Assembly: GCA_964016885.1 (NCBI GenBank)
Contig: OZ024743.1
Span: forward strand, 91,946,001 to 92,010,000
DNA: 64,000 nt
Reading direction: 5' to 3'
Source: Eledone cirrhosa
Lineage: Eukaryota
Shown here piece by piece: positions 59,707 through 64,000 of this stretch (the stretch's first letter is position 1; the number at the start of each line of letters is the position of its first letter). A program made the position numbers and the translations under genes. Below the pieces are notes generated by a model. That model was not told the DNA's origin. It did no database searches and was given only the letters and a program-made list of their open reading frames with translations.

Positions 59707-60023
59707 TCACGTACACACACACACACACGCGCGCAAATATATATATATACAAAGTCAGAAAAAACATATATATTTAAACAAAAGCATAGATACATATATG
59801 AGTGTAGCCCACATTCAACGATGCGGCTCAATGAATGAATTAAATAAATAATCATTAATCAGAGCTATATAAAATTATAAGTTTGAAGAACAGGCAGATA
59901 AAATTTACCTAATTTTTCTTCTTTGTCTGAAGAAATTAGCTAAATAACTAATCAATTAAACGGAGCTAAGTTTAAAATGTAAGTTTGAAGAAATAATAGA
60001 TAAATGTTTAGCAATATACCCCT

Positions 60024-60110
60024 AGCCCGACTGTCGACAGTTTCGCTTGTGCTATGTAGAAATATGTAAACGCTGCATTATCCATGAGGCTTCAAGCTTA
60101 TCAAGAGACT
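60024..60110 (-). ncRNA. Type I hammerhead ribozyme with U3-A8 core
   Basis: Minus: AGTCTC TTGATAA GCTTG...CAAGC GAA ACTGTCGACAGT C^GGGCT. Confidence 0.75.
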
Positions 60111-60281
60111 CCCTCAATTAGGACCAATTTTTTTTTCCAAAGCGATTGCTGCCAGTAATAAATTCGAAATGGGTGAAAACTTTATATATATACATATATA
60201 TATATTAGGGTAAACATTGATGCAATTCAATTCAAGCACTCAACGTACTTTTTCCACATAGGAGTGACGGAGTAAATATCG

Positions 60282-60659
60282 AATAAGGAAAAGCGAAGTA
60301 GTTTCAGATGTTCAAATCCTTTAATAATAATGCTGTGATATATATTTCAGTGACGACACTGGCCACACTGTTCTGTGTGCGAGTGTCGTGTCATCATCAG
60401 ACAGCTTGTTACATAATAAGGTTATGTTTCCGAGGCAATCCAAATTGGATCGACAAGGGAACGGATGAATTGCGCGTTTTGGGGTTTTTCATCCGCTCCC
60501 TTGTGAGTACCAATTCACCCCCACCGGCGTAACAAGCTGTCTGATGATGACACGACACTCGCACACAGAACAGTGTGGCCAGTGTCGTCACTGAAATATA
60601 TATCACAGCATTATTATTAAAGGATTTGAACATCTGAAACTACTTCGCTTTTCCTTATT
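60282..60659. mobile_element. Fold-back PLE terminus, about 130-bp perfect arms, HHR on each strand
   Basis: Arms 60282-60412 and 60529-60659; plus 60536-60609: GCTGT CTGATGA...ACGACACT...AGTGTCGT...GAA ATATATAT C^ACAGC. Confidence 0.88.
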
Positions 60660-60661
60660 AC

Positions 60662-60743
<82 letters not shown>

Positions 60744-60778
60744 ATGTATGTATGCATGTATATATATATATATATATA

Positions 60779-60965
60779 TAACGAAGGAAGTGTGGTAAGG
60801 AACCAGATGGACCATAACGCACCAGAGTACTCAATACTTAGGGTAGTAGAGTGGGTAATAGGAAAATGTTTGACCCCGACGGCAGAGCTCAAGCCGTTTT
60901 GACGGCTATTTCTGGAAATAGCCGTCGAAACGGTTTGAGCTCTGCCGTCGGGGTCAAACATTTTC

Positions 60966-60968
<3 letters not shown>
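60779..60968 (-). mobile_element. Fold-back PLE terminus family B (core lost)
   Basis: Same tail and arms as 55198-55409, folding back inside stem II. Confidence 0.88.
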
Positions 60969-61028
<60 letters not shown>

Positions 61029-61079
61029 ATAATAATAAATTTGAAGACTAAAATCCAAAGAGGGCTCGATAACTTTGTT

Positions 61080-61130
61080 AGTTTCAGAAGATCCCGTTAA
61101 GGGTGAAAGCAGCGATTCTTTGCTTAAACT
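61080..61130 (+). ncRNA. Hammerhead ribozyme, U4A-mutated core
   Basis: AGTTT CAGAAGA tCCC gttaa GGGt GAA AGCA...TGCT T^AAACT. Confidence 0.65.
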
Positions 61131-61141
61131 TTAATCTGTTA

Positions 61142-61210
<69 letters not shown>

Positions 61211-61409
61211 TATTTACGTATCGAGAGAGAGAAAAAAAAGGGGAGGATAGGTGATACATATAGTAATTTGCCAAGTAGCGTATGCCAAAGGTGCTCGATA
61301 CTAGTGCCGACAGTATTAAATATTCGAAGTGTTAATATTTAGTGAGCGTAAGCACGTGGGAAAGTAAGAAATCGGAGAATAGACCGTTAAAACATGTTTA
61401 TTTAAAACA

Positions 61410-61450
61410 GCACCTACGTACGTTTCGTACAGTTGGGCTTCTCAGGGGCA
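61410..61450 (-). ncRNA. Degenerate hammerhead ribozyme
   Basis: Minus: GCCC CTGAGAA gcccaactgtac GAA ACGTACGT A^GGTGC; stem II weak. Confidence 0.5.
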
Positions 61451-61844
61451 TAAATAATCAAAAGTGTTCTTTACATTGCTCGGAAAGAGTTTTGGGGGTT
61501 AAATCCACGTCAAGGTTCATTGCTCACAAAAATAGCTTGTTTTGATTTTGCAGCAGGTCAAGGGAGGTAACTCTGGCCGGTGTTAGGGCAGTCTTTCCCG
61601 GACAAAATTTTTTATCCGCTACGAGATGAGGTTATAACCTTACCATTGTCGATACGCATGTAATCAACGCTTATTTTCAGAGTTTTTTTTGCCGCATCTG
61701 TTTGTCTGAGTCGTTTGAGGCTGGGTCTGGTATGCAAGGATAGTTTCCTGGGTGTTATTTTGCAGCGCCTGCCCGCCGGGGTGTTAAGACTTGTTGCAGG
61801 GTGATCCGGTGCACGGTTTCACTTCTCATCCTTAACCCATCTGA

Positions 61845-62384
61845 AGAAGGATTTTTTAAGCGATGTGTACAACTCATCGCTGTTTCAGCTCTGCTGTTGA
61901 TGAGCTCGTGGGTGCAGTTATGATGTGGTAGAGCTCCATGAGGCAAAGATCGCATTTCCTCTTGAAGTTGTACGGTGCAACCCTGCCGACAATATCCCAG
62001 TGCGTGGAGAAGCTGATGTTTAAGTCCTTTAGTGATGTGATGTAGTCCGCGACGAAGTGGAGTGTCTTAGTTTTTTATTTGTGAAAGAGTGGAGATGTGT
62101 TCGAAACCTAATTTTGAACGGGCCGGAGGTAGCCCCTATATAATGTTTAACGCTATTGTGGCTAGTTATAGTGCATCTATATATAACCCTATCAGTCAAG
62201 CAGTATCCTCTAAGGGGGCAGCGTCCTCTGTCGCGGCAGTTGCAATTTCTGTCGCGGTTCCGTCTATTTCCTACGGTAAGGCTATCATTGTTGCTGCCTA
62301 CGTTGTTACCCACGCTACTGCAGCTGTCGTTAGCACCATTACAACCCACAGCACGCGGGGTGGTGCGATTGTTATTCCGCACGT

Positions 62385-62385
<1 letters not shown>
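61845..62385 (-). pseudogene. Naiad-type PLE GIY-YIG endonuclease, frameshifted
   Basis: NCNCRDRGRCPLRGYCLTDRVIYRCTI...HYIGATSGPFKIRFRTHLHSF, then WDIVGRVAPY...KCDLCLMELYHI, then ELINSRAETAMSCTHR. Confidence 0.9.
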
Positions 62386-62422
<37 letters not shown>

Positions 62423-62428
62423 GCACAC

Positions 62429-62499
<71 letters not shown>

Positions 62500-62503
<4 letters not shown>

Positions 62504-62662
62504 GTGGTAGAACACTGGAATACGGTAATATCCGTAGTGGTAGAGCACTCAGTCCATGGGACGAGTTAGGTAGAAGTGGTTACACAACAGTTACGAGCTG
62601 AGGATCCGCTAAAGTGAAACAATTGTTCTCGGTATGGTGAACTAACTGTTGTGTAACCACTT
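62500..62662. mobile_element. Fold-back Naiad-family terminus with HHR (62594-62631, +)
   Basis: Reversed tail of 24280-24367 joined to CGAG CTGAGGA...GAA ACAATTGT T^CTCG. Confidence 0.85.
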
Positions 62663-63450
62663 ATATACATATATATAGGATAGGTTCCTGTAGCTTCTGT
62701 CTTTCAAAATAAACTGACACAAAATAAACTCACACAAAATAAACTCACACAAAATAAACTGACACAATGGGAAGTGGGTGACCTGTGCTTCTGTGTTTGT
62801 GTGTGTATTGAACATATGTGATGAGTATAAATTTATGATAGTAGGCATTTAAAAGGTTTCATCACAAATCTATAGATGTTACAGTGCATTCAGCTATTCA
62901 ACTATTCAGGAACGATAACTAAATTTGATTCGACTGTTAAAGGAGCGCCGCGAGGTGGGGCGGAGCTGTTGCTGTGAGTATTGCTGGCCATTGTCGGCGG
63001 AAATGCTTTTGCGGTCTTGTCCGCGGGGCTCAGCCCAAACACCACCACGCCCTAGGCCCAGAGCCCATCACACTCTCCCCTTCCATCGCCCTTTCTTCTG
63101 TGGCCCTAGAGTCCTTGCTTTTCCCCTGCTTTTCCTCTCATGTATGGCTTTCAAAGCCCTTTCCTCTACTTTCCCACACAGCCAGATCTTCCCTTCCTTA
63201 CCCTTTCCTCCATTTTCTTATTACTTAATTTTGCTTTTCTTTCTTTCTCAAATTTATTTATCTTTTGAAAATAAACTTCCATATGAAGCAATTCACTGAC
63301 GACATATCTCCATGTCAACGACGTTTACGTCATAATCAGTATTGTTGTTGTTGTTACTAATGTTGTTGTTGTCATTGTCGTTATTGTTGTCGATATTATT
63401 GTAGTTGTTGTTGTTTTGTTATTATTGTTGCTGCTGCTGTCGTTGTCGTT

Positions 63451-63482
<32 letters not shown>

Positions 63483-64000
63483 CGTTATTGTCGTTATTGT
63501 TGTTGTTGTTGTTGTTGTTATTGTTGCTGCTGCTGCTGCTGATGTTGTCGTTATTGTTGTTGTTGTTGCTGTTGCTGCTGCTATTGTCGTTGTTATTGTT
63601 GTTGTTGTTGTTGTTGTCGTTGCAGTAGTCGTCGTCGAAGTTGTAGTTGTTGTTTTTGTTATTCTAGTTATTATGAATCTTAACACCTGTAATACCACCA
63701 CCACCACCACCATCGCAACCACCACCACATCACCATCACCACCATCACCATCGCAACCACCACCACCACCACCACCACTACCACCACCACCACCACCATC
63801 GCAACCACCACCACCACCACCATCGCAACCACCACCACATCACCATCACCACCATCACCATCGCAACCACCACCACCACCACCAACCACTACCACCACCA
63901 CCACCACCACCATCGCAACCACCACCACATCACCATCACCACCATCACCATCGCAACCACCACCACCACCACCACCATCACCATCACCACCATCACCATC

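Noticed and set aside
60425-60520. SECIS in the spacer hairpin
   Set aside because: ATGA is Watson-Crick paired with TCAT; no tandem GA/GA quartet

Overview
Eukaryotic, repeat-dominated DNA with no convincing intact protein-coding gene. Almost all ORFs in the supplied track are microsatellite translations. The repeat families resemble my recollection of octopus/cephalopod genomes; this is an inference, not a search result. The window contains a 44-copy 53-bp satellite that grew inside a SINE, three tRNA-derived SINE families (several with target-site duplications), RTE-type LINE ends and RTE-derived non-autonomous elements, an R4/Dong-like RT fragment, Tc1/pogo and hAT MITE ends, and Penelope-like element (PLE) fragments (Neptune-type and Naiad-type GIY-YIG/RT pieces). 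The main hidden signal is about 20 hammerhead-ribozyme (HHR) motifs from roughly a dozen unrelated sequence families, folded by eye. Most sit in short fold-back (palindromic) elements embedded in (TA)n microsatellites. Three families use a covariant U3-A8 core (UUGANAA), many have palindromic stem III suited to dimeric cleavage, and the fold-back points map onto ribozyme helices or the predicted cleavage site.
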